Shown here piece after piece: positions 20,525-29,823 of a stretch of 64,000 bases of DNA (the stretch's first letter is position 1; every line of letters begins with the position of its first letter). The stretch lies in assembly GCA_050012255.1 (NCBI GenBank), contig JBEKHN010000007.1:32001-96000 (forward strand). Direction: 5' to 3'. The DNA comes from Candidatus Bathyarchaeia archaeon. Its GTDB lineage: Archaea; Thermoproteota; Bathyarchaeia; Bathyarchaeales; Bathycorpusculaceae. The position numbers and the translations under genes were made by a program. A model generated the notes under the pieces. That model worked only from the letters and a program-made list of their open reading frames with translations, did no database searches and was not told where the DNA came from.

Positions 20525-21372
20525 CCGATTTTGAGAGCCTCCAGGAGCATCGTTGCCATTTCTTCCGAAGACAGCGGAAGTGTGCCGCCCAGTTTCACTC
20601 CGGCCTTTCGTAGCATCTCATAGAGACGCGTTGCTTTTGGAATTCCAACTCCGATCAGACGTGTTTCTTCTGACTGCAGAATATCGTGAGGGTCGCCGTC
20701 GGAGACGACCTTTCCCTCGTTCATTATGATTATGTGGTTCGCAAACCTGGCTGTCAAATCTAGCCTGTGTTCCACCAGCACCACTGTTATTCCCAGAGTT
20801 CTGTTCAGCTGGTGGATCGTCTCGAATATTCTTCTTGCGCTCAAGGGGTCGAGGAAGGAGGTTGGTTCATCCAGCACTATCACTTCAGGCTGCATCGCAA
20901 GGACGGAGGCTATCGCAACGCGTTGTTGCTGTCCGCCTGAAAGCTCGTGCGGAGCTCTCTCCCTCAGATCGTAGATCCCTGTTAACTCGAGGGCCCAGTC
21001 CACTTTTTTGCGCATTTCTTCCCTTGGGACTCCTAGGTTTTCAAGCCCGAACGCCACGTCTTTTTCGACGGAAAGCGCGAAGAGCTGGTTCTCCGGGTTT
21101 TGGAAGACAAGCCCTGCGTGTTTAGCTAGCTCATAGATCTGGTGGTCAGCAACGTTCAGGCCAGCGAGAAAGACCTGGCCTTTGATTTCGCCTTGGTAGA
21201 AGTGAGGGATTAGGCCGTTGAAGCATCGGCAGAGGGTTGTTTTTCCGCAGCCGCTTGGGCCGGTGATCAGTGTGAACTCGCCTTTCTCTATTTTTATGGA
21301 AATGTCTTCGATGGAGTGTCTTGTTGCGCCTGGGTAGGTGTAAGTAAGTTCTTTTGTTTCGATGAGGGCCAT
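20521..21372 (-). CDS. ecfA1: ECF transporter ATPase
   Basis: GPSGCGKTT, FQNPENQ, LSGGQQQR, LDEPT. Confidence 0.93.
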   Translation of the reverse strand: MALIETKELTYTYPGATRHSIEDISIKIEKGEFTLITGPSGCGKTTLCRCFNGLIPHFYQGEIKGQVFLAGLNVADHQIYELAKHAGLVFQNPENQLFALSVEKDVAFGLENLGVPREEMRKKVDWALELTGIYDLRERAPHELSGGQQQRVAIASVLAMQPEVIVLDEPTSFLDPLSARRIFETIHQLNRTLGITVVLVEHRLDLTARFANHIIIMNEGKVVSDGDPHDILQSEETRLIGVGIPKATRLYEMLRKAGVKLGGTLPLSSEEMATMLLEALKIG

Positions 21373-21428
21373 AGAACCGGTGCCTGCCTGTCTTGAAGCG
21401 GGTTTTCGGCTCATTTAAGAGTAGCTAC

Positions 21429-22424
21429 TTAATTGTGGCTACCCAGCCTTTCCTTAAGAAGGGAAAAGCACCATTTAAGCCCGATCTCTATGTCTCCCTC
21501 ACCGTTTACTCCAGCGGCCGTGGCGTGTCCTCCGCCCATGCCGTGGAGGTGTTCGCCCAGCGGTTTCGCTATGTCTCTTCCCAAGTGTATGTTGGTCTGT
21601 TTGTGGAACTCAAGGGAGCTACGTAGGCTGATTTCGATCTTGCCGTTTTTTGTTCCCGCGACGGCTGCGACGTGGGCGCCCAGTTCGATGAGGGCTCGGG
21701 CTGCTGAGGCTTCGTAGGCGCTGACGTGGGAGAGGGCTATTATCCATTCGTTGATCTTGAAGAGTTTGGTTCTTCGCGAGGCCTTGAGTCTCGCTACTCG
21801 TTCGGAGAAGTCCATCGGCAGAGAGAGCATCGCTATGGTTTCCTGCGCGTTCACGCCGGCGTCGATGAGTTCTGCGATGTTTTTCAGTGTCGTCGAGCTG
21901 GCTAGGACGAAGTGCCGCGTGTCGAATGTTATGCCTAGGAACAGTGCTTTGGCTTCGGTTTCGCCGAGCTTTGCGCCCGTTTCCTTGTAGAAGTTGTAGA
22001 CGATTTCGCATGTTGATGATGATTCTTCGTTGATTATACAGATTCTTGCGAGGCTTTCTGTTTCGGGGTGGCTTGCGTGATGATCGATCACTATGATTGG
22101 CGCTTTTGAGCCTTTCACTTTTTCGGAGAGGCTGTCCAACTGCTGGATCGTGTTGGTGTCGAGCAGCACGATTACGTCTGCTTTCTCGACGCTGGGTTGT
22201 GGTTTAACGTTTATGGGCAAGTATTGTAGAAGATGTTTTGAGAGTCTGCTTATTCCTTGGGCGGCTCCGACCTCAATCTCTGTTTGCGGGCACGTCTGTT
22301 TGAGCAGGCTTGCGAAGGCGTACGAGGAGCAGATTGCGTCCGGGTCAGCGTTGTGGTGGCACAGAAGGACGACTAGTCTTGCATCCAGTGTTTCGAATAG
22401 TTTGGCTATTTCCGCGTATGGCAA
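21429..22424 (-). CDS. DHH/DHHA1 family phosphoesterase
   Basis: HHNADPDA, LLDT, IDHH, GGGHATAAG. Confidence 0.93.
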   Translation of the reverse strand: MPYAEIAKLFETLDARLVVLLCHHNADPDAICSSYAFASLLKQTCPQTEIEVGAAQGISRLSKHLLQYLPINVKPQPSVEKADVIVLLDTNTIQQLDSLSEKVKGSKAPIIVIDHHASHPETESLARICIINEESSSTCEIVYNFYKETGAKLGETEAKALFLGITFDTRHFVLASSTTLKNIAELIDAGVNAQETIAMLSLPMDFSERVARLKASRRTKLFKINEWIIALSHVSAYEASAARALIELGAHVAAVAGTKNGKIEISLRSSLEFHKQTNIHLGRDIAKPLGEHLHGMGGGHATAAGVNGEGDIEIGLKWCFSLLKERLGSHN

Positions 22425-22708
22425 GCCAGTTCCCTCAGGTATTTTTCAGCCGAGGCGAATGCTTCTCTCACGGCTTCGTCAGCGAGTTTTTGTACGTCAA
22501 GACTTTCTGCGCGTGTTGACAGCTGGATGTCTACGTCGACAGCTAGTCTCAGGGGTTTTGTGCGGTCTGCTTCAGCGCTTATGTTCAGGGTTTCTATCAA
22601 TTTTGATGGGACCCGTCTTAAAACGTGCTTCCTCGCTACTTCTTCCGCGGTCGAGCACAGTTGCTCGACCTGTTCGCTGGTTAAGTCTGGCAGGCCGAGC
22701 CCTTCCAC
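22406..22708 (-). CDS. DUF3194-like protein
   Basis: Position after pfdB in the exosome superoperon; GLPDLT.EQ start. Confidence 0.75.
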   Translation of the reverse strand: MEGLGLPDLTSEQVEQLCSTAEEVARKHVLRRVPSKLIETLNISAEADRTKPLRLAVDVDIQLSTRAESLDVQKLADEAVREAFASAEKYLRELACHTRK

Positions 22709-22728
22709 GTTTTCACCCGTTTTTGCGG

Positions 22729-23097
22729 CTAGGCGGGTGGGGAAATGGGGTTCAGGTCTTGTTGAAGCTTGGTTTGGACGTCTTTCAGTTGACCTCGTAA
22801 GCGCTCTTCCTGCTTTCCGAGGACTGTTACTCGCGTTTTGAGCAGTTCTTTTCGTTCGTTCAGGTCTGTTGTTACCCTGGTTTTTTCAGATTTAACTAGA
22901 AGTGAGCCTGTTGCCTTGTAAATGACTGCGTCGTCGGTCAGTTTTTGCAGTTCATTCAAGGCTTGGTCGATCTCCATCAGTTCCAGTTCCACTTGCTGCT
23001 TCTGCCCCAGGACTGATTGGAGCGTTTGTTGAAGCTGCTGAAGTCTCAGCAGACGCTCTTGAACTTGGAGCGGAAGCGTTGACTCTTCATCACTCAC
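22729..23097 (-). CDS. pfdB: Prefoldin beta subunit
   Basis: Coiled coil with VIYKATGSLLVK hairpin. Confidence 0.95.
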   Translation of the reverse strand: MSDEESTLPLQVQERLLRLQQLQQTLQSVLGQKQQVELELMEIDQALNELQKLTDDAVIYKATGSLLVKSEKTRVTTDLNERKELLKTRVTVLGKQEERLRGQLKDVQTKLQQDLNPISPPA

Positions 23098-23215
23098 CTT
23101 TATTCCTTCGATCTGGACTGCAATAAGCCGAGCTGTTAATTAACATTTTCTCAGCGTTCCATGAAGCAGCGCTGTCATTGCTGTTGCCCGTGTTCGCGTT
23201 TTAGCGGAAGGCTTA

Positions 23216-23390
23216 ACATCCCTGTATTCGCGTTTTCACCTCGTCTATTTCACCCTCCCCCCTAGGGTGTTAGTACTGCAGACGGTCGTTGGTGAGGGCC
23301 TTTCTGACTTTGTGCGGGCTGGAAAGCGGGCGCGTGATGAGGGCTGGGCAGAAGGTTTTGGTTAGGGCTTAGAAACCGTTCGGTGCGCTC
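23216..23390 (+). repeat. Dispersed intergenic repeat, copy A (core 23216-23280)
   Basis: Near-identical core with 59907-59977 and colinear similarity for ~100 bp beyond it. Confidence 0.9.
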
Positions 23391-23462
23391 TACAATCCCT
23401 TCGTCTTCTACGCACACTTGTTCATTAGGGTCTGAACAAGTACTTCTCAATGGAGGGTGAGA

Positions 23463-23720
23463 TTATCGTGCTTCTAGAACTTCGAGGACGTTCAAGATGG
23501 AGTTTATCCATCTGAGGTATGCGTTCAGAGACGCGCGCAACGCTACGGTGTCGTCGGCTTCAACACTCAGAACTAGGGACCTGTCTTCTTGCTTCAGGAG
23601 CGTTCGCGCTCGAGTGGTGGCCGGGTTTTTGGCTTCTGGCTTCAAGGAGTTGAGAACCGTTTGTAACTTTTCTTCTGAAGAGAACTTTAAACGTACGGTT
23701 GCTCTTGTCTTCACTGCCAA
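23463..23720 (-). CDS. pcc1: KEOPS complex subunit Pcc1
   Basis: SLKPE...A.DTVALRASLNAYLRW. Confidence 0.92.
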   Translation of the reverse strand: MAVKTRATVRLKFSSEEKLQTVLNSLKPEAKNPATTRARTLLKQEDRSLVLSVEADDTVALRASLNAYLRWINSILNVLEVLEAR

Positions 23721-23780
23721 GCTTCAAACCCACTGTTAATCGTAAAAACGGTTTTGGACAGAATAGTGAAGTGGGAGAAA

Positions 23781-24086
23781 TTAGGCGGCTTCTGTTTCTT
23801 CTTCTGCTGTTTTCATCGTCTCTTCGGCTGGTAATCCCTTGGCTGAACGTTTCGCTACTACGCCGAGTTTTGTGACTGGCGTGTAGGCCCCGCCCGTGTA
23901 GGTGAACCCGCACTTTCTGCACTTCCAGACGCCGACGCTTTCTCTCTTGACTCTGAGGAATCCGCATTGTGGGCACCGGTGAGGTTTTCTCATTCCTTCC
24001 ATTACTTTGATGTAGCGTTTTCTCACCGTGGAGCCGTAGCGAGGTCCCAGGCCTCGTGCGAGTCCGACTTTCTTAGTTCTCGGCAT
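23781..24086 (-). CDS. rpl37ae: 50S ribosomal protein L37Ae (eL43)
   Basis: GPRYGSTVRK, CPQC, GVWKCRKC, GGAY. Confidence 0.97.
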   Translation of the reverse strand: MPRTKKVGLARGLGPRYGSTVRKRYIKVMEGMRKPHRCPQCGFLRVKRESVGVWKCRKCGFTYTGGAYTPVTKLGVVAKRSAKGLPAEETMKTAEEETEAA

Positions 24087-24094
24087 GTGGGGTG

Positions 24095-24886
24095 TCACCA
24101 GTTCAGTTTCTTGCGCATTTCCTTGACCTTTTGTTCAATTATCTTCGCTGCTTCCAGCACTTGGCTCGGTTCGAAGTACCCACTGCCGCCCTTCTGTATC
24201 GCGCATATGTGCCCATCGTCATCAATAGCCATTGAAATCCTTGCGTCCATGACCTGTTCCTCTTCTAGCAGCGGGTCAACGAGGAGCTTGTTCCCTATCT
24301 TCGCGACGGTAACTGTTATCGGCCGCTTGTTTATTGGAAGTTTTTCGTAGCCCGGTTTGATTTTGACTTCTCCTTCTTTGACTTCGTAGTTGGCCATTTT
24401 CGTGTTAAGCAAGGCGGCCACTGCGGCCAACGCTGACGCGTCTATGAGGTTTCCATCGTGGTTGAGAACGTAGATGTCCACGAAGACTACGAAGACCTTC
24501 TTTCCGGCTTCGATGACGAGTTTGTCTGTGTCGATGGCCTTTGACTCTCTTATTCCCCTGTCAACGATTCTTGCAAGTTCTATGGAGTCCTCGTCTGGTG
24601 GTCCTGCCTCGAAAGCCGGTGAGGCTATTGGCGTGAGTTCCGCGTTGACTGTCAAGACGCCTTCGTTAGGCGTGTCTGGAAACGGTTCGCCCATTTCGAT
24701 CTTCACTCCGACCACGACCTCTGTTTTGCCGAGGAGTACCCTGGCAGAGCCTTCAGCGCGTTCGATGATGCCTTGCTCGATTTTCATCTCGCGATAATCT
24801 GTCAGGTCGCGGCCGTCCATGCGTTTTTCTTTGTCTATCATTTCTGTAATCTGCTTCTGCTTTACACGCGTGAGGATTTGGGCCAT
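24095..24886 (-). CDS. rrp42: Exosome subunit Rrp42
   Basis: RMDGR..YR, AEGSARV.LG.T, DGNLIDA. Confidence 0.96.
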   Translation of the reverse strand: MAQILTRVKQKQITEMIDKEKRMDGRDLTDYREMKIEQGIIERAEGSARVLLGKTEVVVGVKIEMGEPFPDTPNEGVLTVNAELTPIASPAFEAGPPDEDSIELARIVDRGIRESKAIDTDKLVIEAGKKVFVVFVDIYVLNHDGNLIDASALAAVAALLNTKMANYEVKEGEVKIKPGYEKLPINKRPITVTVAKIGNKLLVDPLLEEEQVMDARISMAIDDDGHICAIQKGGSGYFEPSQVLEAAKIIEQKVKEMRKKLNW

Positions 24887-25635
24887 TAATCTTCAGCCTC
24901 CTCCTTGATGTCTTCGCTAACGTTGACGTACTTCGTCTTCAGAGCCTCCTTCTGCATGGCGTAGATCTTTCTGCATCCCTCAAGGGCCATGTTAACAGCG
25001 GTCTCGAACTCTTCACGCGTCAGTAAGCCGTCCATCTGCAGAAGTGTCACAGCGTTCAGGTTGGGCATCAGAGCCACCGGGACGTCTGCAGAGCCCACTT
25101 TGTCCTCCGTGTCCATCAGGTCCAGCACCACCGTGTTGTCGATCTTGCCCGCTGCGCACGCTACGACGAGGTCCCTCATGGGAATTCCTGAATCGGCAAG
25201 GGCTAAGGCCGCGGCTGTTATGCTCGCGCATCTTGTTCCCCCGTCAGCCTGCAGCACTTCTATGAAAACATTTACCATTGTTCGGGGGTAGTACTCCATG
25301 AAGACGGCGGGTTCAAGAGATTCTCTTATCATTTTTGAGAGTTCAATTTCCCTTCTTGAGGGTGCTGGCGATTTGCGTTCTTGCACAGAGAATGGTGCCA
25401 TGTGATAGCGACACTTTAAGACTGTTCGGTCTTGAAGTGCTAAGTGTTTAGGATGCACTTCTCTCGGGCCGTACACGGCTGCCAGAATCTTGTTTTTTCC
25501 ATGTTCAACGTACGCTGAGCCGTCGGCGTTCGATATGACGCCGACTTCAAGCTTTACAGGCCTCAGCTCGTCTGGTTTTCTGCCATCCAGTCTTAGGCCT
25601 TTTTTGTCGATTAACTTTTCAGGTTTATCATTCAT
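24886..25635 (-). CDS. rrp41: Exosome catalytic subunit Rrp41
   Basis: [27 protein letters not shown]. Confidence 0.97.
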   Translation of the reverse strand: MNDKPEKLIDKKGLRLDGRKPDELRPVKLEVGVISNADGSAYVEHGKNKILAAVYGPREVHPKHLALQDRTVLKCRYHMAPFSVQERKSPAPSRREIELSKMIRESLEPAVFMEYYPRTMVNVFIEVLQADGGTRCASITAAALALADSGIPMRDLVVACAAGKIDNTVVLDLMDTEDKVGSADVPVALMPNLNAVTLLQMDGLLTREEFETAVNMALEGCRKIYAMQKEALKTKYVNVSEDIKEEAED

Positions 25636-26339
25636 TTCTTGTTTTCCTCCCTTTTTGATTTTTCTTCTCGAAGCATCTGGGTTATGCGGTCTGTTAGGCC
25701 GCTGGTATGTGACTCCTGTTCAATTTTAAGGATCGCTCTCAGCGCGAGCTCTTCGTCTTCTAATGTTTTCCCGGTGATCAGAACGACTCCGTTGAGTCCC
25801 AGGATTATGTTGCATCCCGTTTCCTGCTTTATCATGGATATCATCGAGCCTTTTCTTCCGATCACACGTGGGATCTTCGTCGGTGTGATTTTGACTATTT
25901 GTCCACGGGTGATCTTTCCCAATCCTGGTTCTGCAACGGTCAGCTGCGGGTCGTGTGTTCTGTCATAGGAGACTATTTTTGCAACCACAAGGTCTCCCGC
26001 GTCGAGCACTTGCGGCAGGTCGTCCTTCTGAGGCTTGAAAGGCCTGCTGAGGACGTCTGATGCTCTCAAGAGGGCGATGTATGGTGAGTTTATGTCCACT
26101 GTCCACCCGTTGAATCCGACCTCTGTGATCGTTCCTATGACTATGTCTCCCGCTCTTGGGATGTAGAAGGCTTTTAGGGCCACTACGTCCACTCTCTTGT
26201 TTTCGATTTCAATTATTCCGACGCGCGCTGCGTAGATTTTGTTGTTTTCTACGAACGTGTTCTCTCCGGCGATGTACTCGCCTTCTGCGATCAAGTCTCC
26301 AGGGGTCACAAGTTGTTTTCTTTCCAAAAGTATTGGCAT
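25632..26339 (-). CDS. rrp4: Exosome RNA-binding subunit Rrp4
   Basis: VTPGD, S1 domain, KH motif [11 protein letters not shown]. Confidence 0.96.
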   Translation of the reverse strand: MPILLERKQLVTPGDLIAEGEYIAGENTFVENNKIYAARVGIIEIENKRVDVVALKAFYIPRAGDIVIGTITEVGFNGWTVDINSPYIALLRASDVLSRPFKPQKDDLPQVLDAGDLVVAKIVSYDRTHDPQLTVAEPGLGKITRGQIVKITPTKIPRVIGRKGSMISMIKQETGCNIILGLNGVVLITGKTLEDEELALRAILKIEQESHTSGLTDRITQMLREEKSKREENKK

Positions 26340-26367
26340 ATTCTACACCTGACCGTTCATAAAACTC

Positions 26368-27057
26368 TTAGCGAACTATTCTTGCTTCCCCGCTTCCTTT
26401 GGTTACTTCACCGAGTTTATCTAGGAAGGGGGCGTAGGTACCTGCGGGCATCTCCACAATGCCGTACCATGAGCCATCTGGGCGCCATTCTTCGTGTTTG
26501 ATCGTTCCGAAGCCCTTGATAGACCCGTAAGCTCTTACTGAGTACGCTGCCGGAATCGTGACGCCCAGCGATATTTGCTCCATTTTAAGTGGCAGAATAG
26601 CTCGCAACGCCTTGATTATCTCCTTTGCCTGCTCTTCCACGGGCTTGAATGGATCTATCGAATAGCGCACCTGTTCCATGGCGTTTTCTATCCGTGCAGG
26701 CGGGTGCGGAAGGTTTGTCTTGGGGTCAACGCTCTGCCTCGATATGAAGTCGACGATCTGTTTCCTCTTGTCCTCGATCATCTTTCTCCGTTGCTCTGTC
26801 GTAAGCTGCAAAGTTCCCTTGGTCAGTATCACTTCTGCTATTTTCAAGGCGTCAGTCGTGTCAAACGCTTTGCGCAGGTTTTCCTCTGAAGCCCTCGTGC
26901 CCTTGTTCGCGTCTGAAAATATCGTTTCGGCAGCCAAGACCTCGGTTACCGAGGCCGTTTTCCCCATGCGGTAGTCTAAGGCCTTCTGGGGTTTAACGAG
27001 GACCTCAAAGTGTTCGTTGTCCTTTGTCATGCGTGCAACGGTGTACTTATCACTCAT
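26368..27057 (-). CDS. sdo1: Ribosome maturation protein SBDS/Sdo1
   Basis: FEVLV, QLTTEQRR, PHPPARIENA. Confidence 0.96.
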   Translation of the reverse strand: MSDKYTVARMTKDNEHFEVLVKPQKALDYRMGKTASVTEVLAAETIFSDANKGTRASEENLRKAFDTTDALKIAEVILTKGTLQLTTEQRRKMIEDKRKQIVDFISRQSVDPKTNLPHPPARIENAMEQVRYSIDPFKPVEEQAKEIIKALRAILPLKMEQISLGVTIPAAYSVRAYGSIKGFGTIKHEEWRPDGSWYGIVEMPAGTYAPFLDKLGEVTKGSGEARIVR

Positions 27058-27064
27058 CGATGTT

Positions 27065-27793
27065 TCACTTGCCCACGCCTAGCTCTTTCATGATGGCATC
27101 GACTTTCTCGTCGCCCAGAATCTCGATCTTCTTGGTCTCCAATGGGATCACTGCTACTTTCACTCTTGGAGGAAGCTGCCTTGCTTCCAGGGCTTTTGCT
27201 AGGCATTTCACGGCAAGCTTTGTGGCTTCTTTGAGGTCCATTTCTTCCTTGTACTCTTCTTTCAGTATGTTGAAGACTGTTTCTCTTCCAGCGCCCTCTG
27301 CTCTTGCCTTGTATCCTCTGTACGTTCCGCTTGGGTGGGTTCCGAACACGCGGCTTCCAGTCTTGTCGACACCAGCAAAGATCATAGAGACTCCGAAGGG
27401 TCTCACGCCCGCGTGTTGCGTGTAGAGCTGTTTTATGTCACATATCCTCTTGGTCACGACTTCCGTGTCGATCGGCTCGTCGTACGTAAGCTTGTTCGAT
27501 TGAGCGTAAACCCTGGCCTGGTCAATCAGTATGCGCGCATCTGAGCTCAAGCCCACTATGCCCGCGCACACGTGGTCGTCTATCTTGAAGATCTTCCAAG
27601 AGTATTCTGATTCTTCAAGGGGGTCCACAGTCTCTTCCGCTCCCAAAACGGCTCCCCCTGAGCAGCGGACGGCTAAAATCGTAGCTCCACGGTTGACCAA
27701 CTCCATCGCGTATTCAACTTGAAAAAGCCGGCCGTCTGGTGAAAAAACAGTTATGGCACGGTCGTATGCGCCTGGTGCTGCAAATACGGACAT
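27065..27793 (-). CDS. psmA: Proteasome alpha subunit
   Basis: YDRAITVFSPDGRLFQVEYA, RPFGVS. Confidence 0.98.
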   Translation of the reverse strand: MSVFAAPGAYDRAITVFSPDGRLFQVEYAMELVNRGATILAVRCSGGAVLGAEETVDPLEESEYSWKIFKIDDHVCAGIVGLSSDARILIDQARVYAQSNKLTYDEPIDTEVVTKRICDIKQLYTQHAGVRPFGVSMIFAGVDKTGSRVFGTHPSGTYRGYKARAEGAGRETVFNILKEEYKEEMDLKEATKLAVKCLAKALEARQLPPRVKVAVIPLETKKIEILGDEKVDAIMKELGVGK

Positions 27794-28183
27794 TCATGCA
27801 TTCCTCACAATCTATCCTAATCTATTGCAGTCTTTCATACGACAACTAAACTAAAAACCTTTCCTATCTGAAACTCTTTTAATCTGAGTCCATATTTCAG
27901 CCTTCGAACGATCCTGCTTCATGTTGCCAAAAGCATGTTATGCGCGCAAAGACCGTATTCTTGTCGACTTGCTGTTCTTTCCGCGAAAGAACGCGATTTC
28001 TGAATCGGTTCTCTGGAGTCCATGAAAACTGGGCTCCATCTAAGCGTGAACGCGAGCTACGTCTTCCTTTTCTTGATTTTCCAAACCAGTGGTATCCTAC
28101 TCAATGATCGAGGTGCGTGGGCTCTGAGCCGATAAACAAAGTGTATAAGCAAGATTTGTCTGTTTGTTCTTTCAGGGAAGGAG

Positions 28184-28510
28184 TTGGACAGGAAGGCTAG
28201 GTTCTGGTTAGGTTTCCTTTTTGTCGTTGTCATGTATTCGCTTCCCATTGCCGGTTTTGCGTATGCTAGATGGGTTTGGCCCTTGGCATTTGTCCTAGGG
28301 GCCTTCGGCTTTTCGATTTACATGGTGTATCGGATGACGATCAAGAATATCAGACTGAAATATCCCATTGTGTCCCCTGAAGGGCACCCGGACATCTATA
28401 CTGGACGCATGCCTAGACCCATATACGAGGACATGCAACGATTCCCTTGGTTCTTCAAGAAGAAGCGAACCAAAAAACTCGGCAGCAAAAAAATCAAAAA
28501 GAAAAAATAA
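28184..28510 (+). CDS. Small 2-TM membrane protein with a basic tail
   Basis: Two TM helices, Lys-rich C-terminus, SD-like GGAG upstream. Confidence 0.7.
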   Translation: MDRKARFWLGFLFVVVMYSLPIAGFAYARWVWPLAFVLGAFGFSIYMVYRMTIKNIRLKYPIVSPEGHPDIYTGRMPRPIYEDMQRFPWFFKKKRTKKLGSKKIKKKK

Positions 28511-28526
28511 CGCTTACTCTGGCGAA

Positions 28527-29753
28527 CTATTCTCTCCAGTCCAGAAGTCTCTTCTCGCCCTCAAGCTTCTTTATGTCCGTCAAGTCCTGTGTGACTTCCA
28601 TCGTTCCAAGATATTTTCCGCTCTTATCTCTAACCGCGAAGTATCTGATGTGAACGAAGCGACCGCCCATCGTGATCCAGAATTCAGCAGAATCTTTCCT
28701 GCCTTTTTTGAAGGCATCCACGATCTTGTTCACTATGTGGACGCTTTTCTGCGGGTGGCACATCTGCACTTTTCGGCCGATGACGGCCTTTGTGCGCACG
28801 AAGATCCTCTTTTCAGCCTTGTTGAAGTACTTCACGCTGTCATTCCTGTCAACGAACGATATGTCTACGGGAAGCGAGTCAAGAATAGCCTCAACTTCTT
28901 CTTTTGAAAGGCTTCCGGTCTCAAACTTCAGTGTTTCCTCAGTCAAGGGTTCCGCTTTGCCTCTTGGCTCTTCTACCTGCATTCTCACCGTTGCGGCTGG
29001 AGGTGTGAAGCAGCAGTAGCCTATCTCGTCGAACTCTTTCCTAGCCTCTTCCCACTCTTCGATCGAAACTGATTCCAGAGCCGCTGGGAACAGTATGTTG
29101 TTTTCTTTGTAAAAGTGAGATGGAAGCAGGCTGCATAATGGTTTCGTCGCGTCGCTCAGTCTTTTCTTGAACTCTTCGTAAGTCATGGTGTTCCATTTTT
29201 CAACAAGGTTGGTGAACTTCTTCTTGACCTCTCTTATCTTGTCGTGTTCCATCCACATGATAGCCGGAGGTTCTGTGATTCCGTGCTTCTCTACCATGGG
29301 AAAGAGGACGTTCTCCTCCCTCAGGTAATGTTTTTCCGAGTCCTGAAATTCCTTTGCTATGCTTTGCAGTTCAGTCAAGACGTCTCCAACGTAAACGGAG
29401 TCGCACGCCTCTTCAACCATGCCCAAAAGCGTCTCCAGTCTCTCAGCGCGTTGAAGCATAATACTGTGCTCTTCAATGAGAATGCTGATGGGGTGTCCAC
29501 GCGGAATGTGCAACTCCTGCTCCTGCAGTTGTTCGCCGAAGATTGCCATGTGTATGTCACAGAGCTTCTGCAGTTCTTCGCGTGGCATTCCTTCCTTGAC
29601 AAGTTCCTGTTCAACCTTGACGATGTCCTCGGAGGTTACGCCCTTGAGGGCTTCTCTGAACTTTTCTTTTACCTCCTCCGGCCGTGCTCCTCCCGGTAAC
29701 TGCTTGATTATCTCTTTCAACAGCTTTTTCTTAGCTTCATCCATCCCACTCAT
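28527..29753 (-). CDS. DUF438 + hemerythrin + PAS domain protein
   Basis: LCDIH, GHPI..L.EEH, HYLREENVLFP, MWMEHD, HFYKENNILFP, C-terminal PAS (CHPQKS). Confidence 0.92.
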   Translation of the reverse strand: MSGMDEAKKKLLKEIIKQLPGGARPEEVKEKFREALKGVTSEDIVKVEQELVKEGMPREELQKLCDIHMAIFGEQLQEQELHIPRGHPISILIEEHSIMLQRAERLETLLGMVEEACDSVYVGDVLTELQSIAKEFQDSEKHYLREENVLFPMVEKHGITEPPAIMWMEHDKIREVKKKFTNLVEKWNTMTYEEFKKRLSDATKPLCSLLPSHFYKENNILFPAALESVSIEEWEEARKEFDEIGYCCFTPPAATVRMQVEEPRGKAEPLTEETLKFETGSLSKEEVEAILDSLPVDISFVDRNDSVKYFNKAEKRIFVRTKAVIGRKVQMCHPQKSVHIVNKIVDAFKKGRKDSAEFWITMGGRFVHIRYFAVRDKSGKYLGTMEVTQDLTDIKKLEGEKRLLDWRE

Positions 29754-29823
29754 ACTGTTTGCACCTTCTCAGAATGCTAGATTCACTCATTACGGGTATT
29801 AAAACGATAGCGGCCCAGATCTT

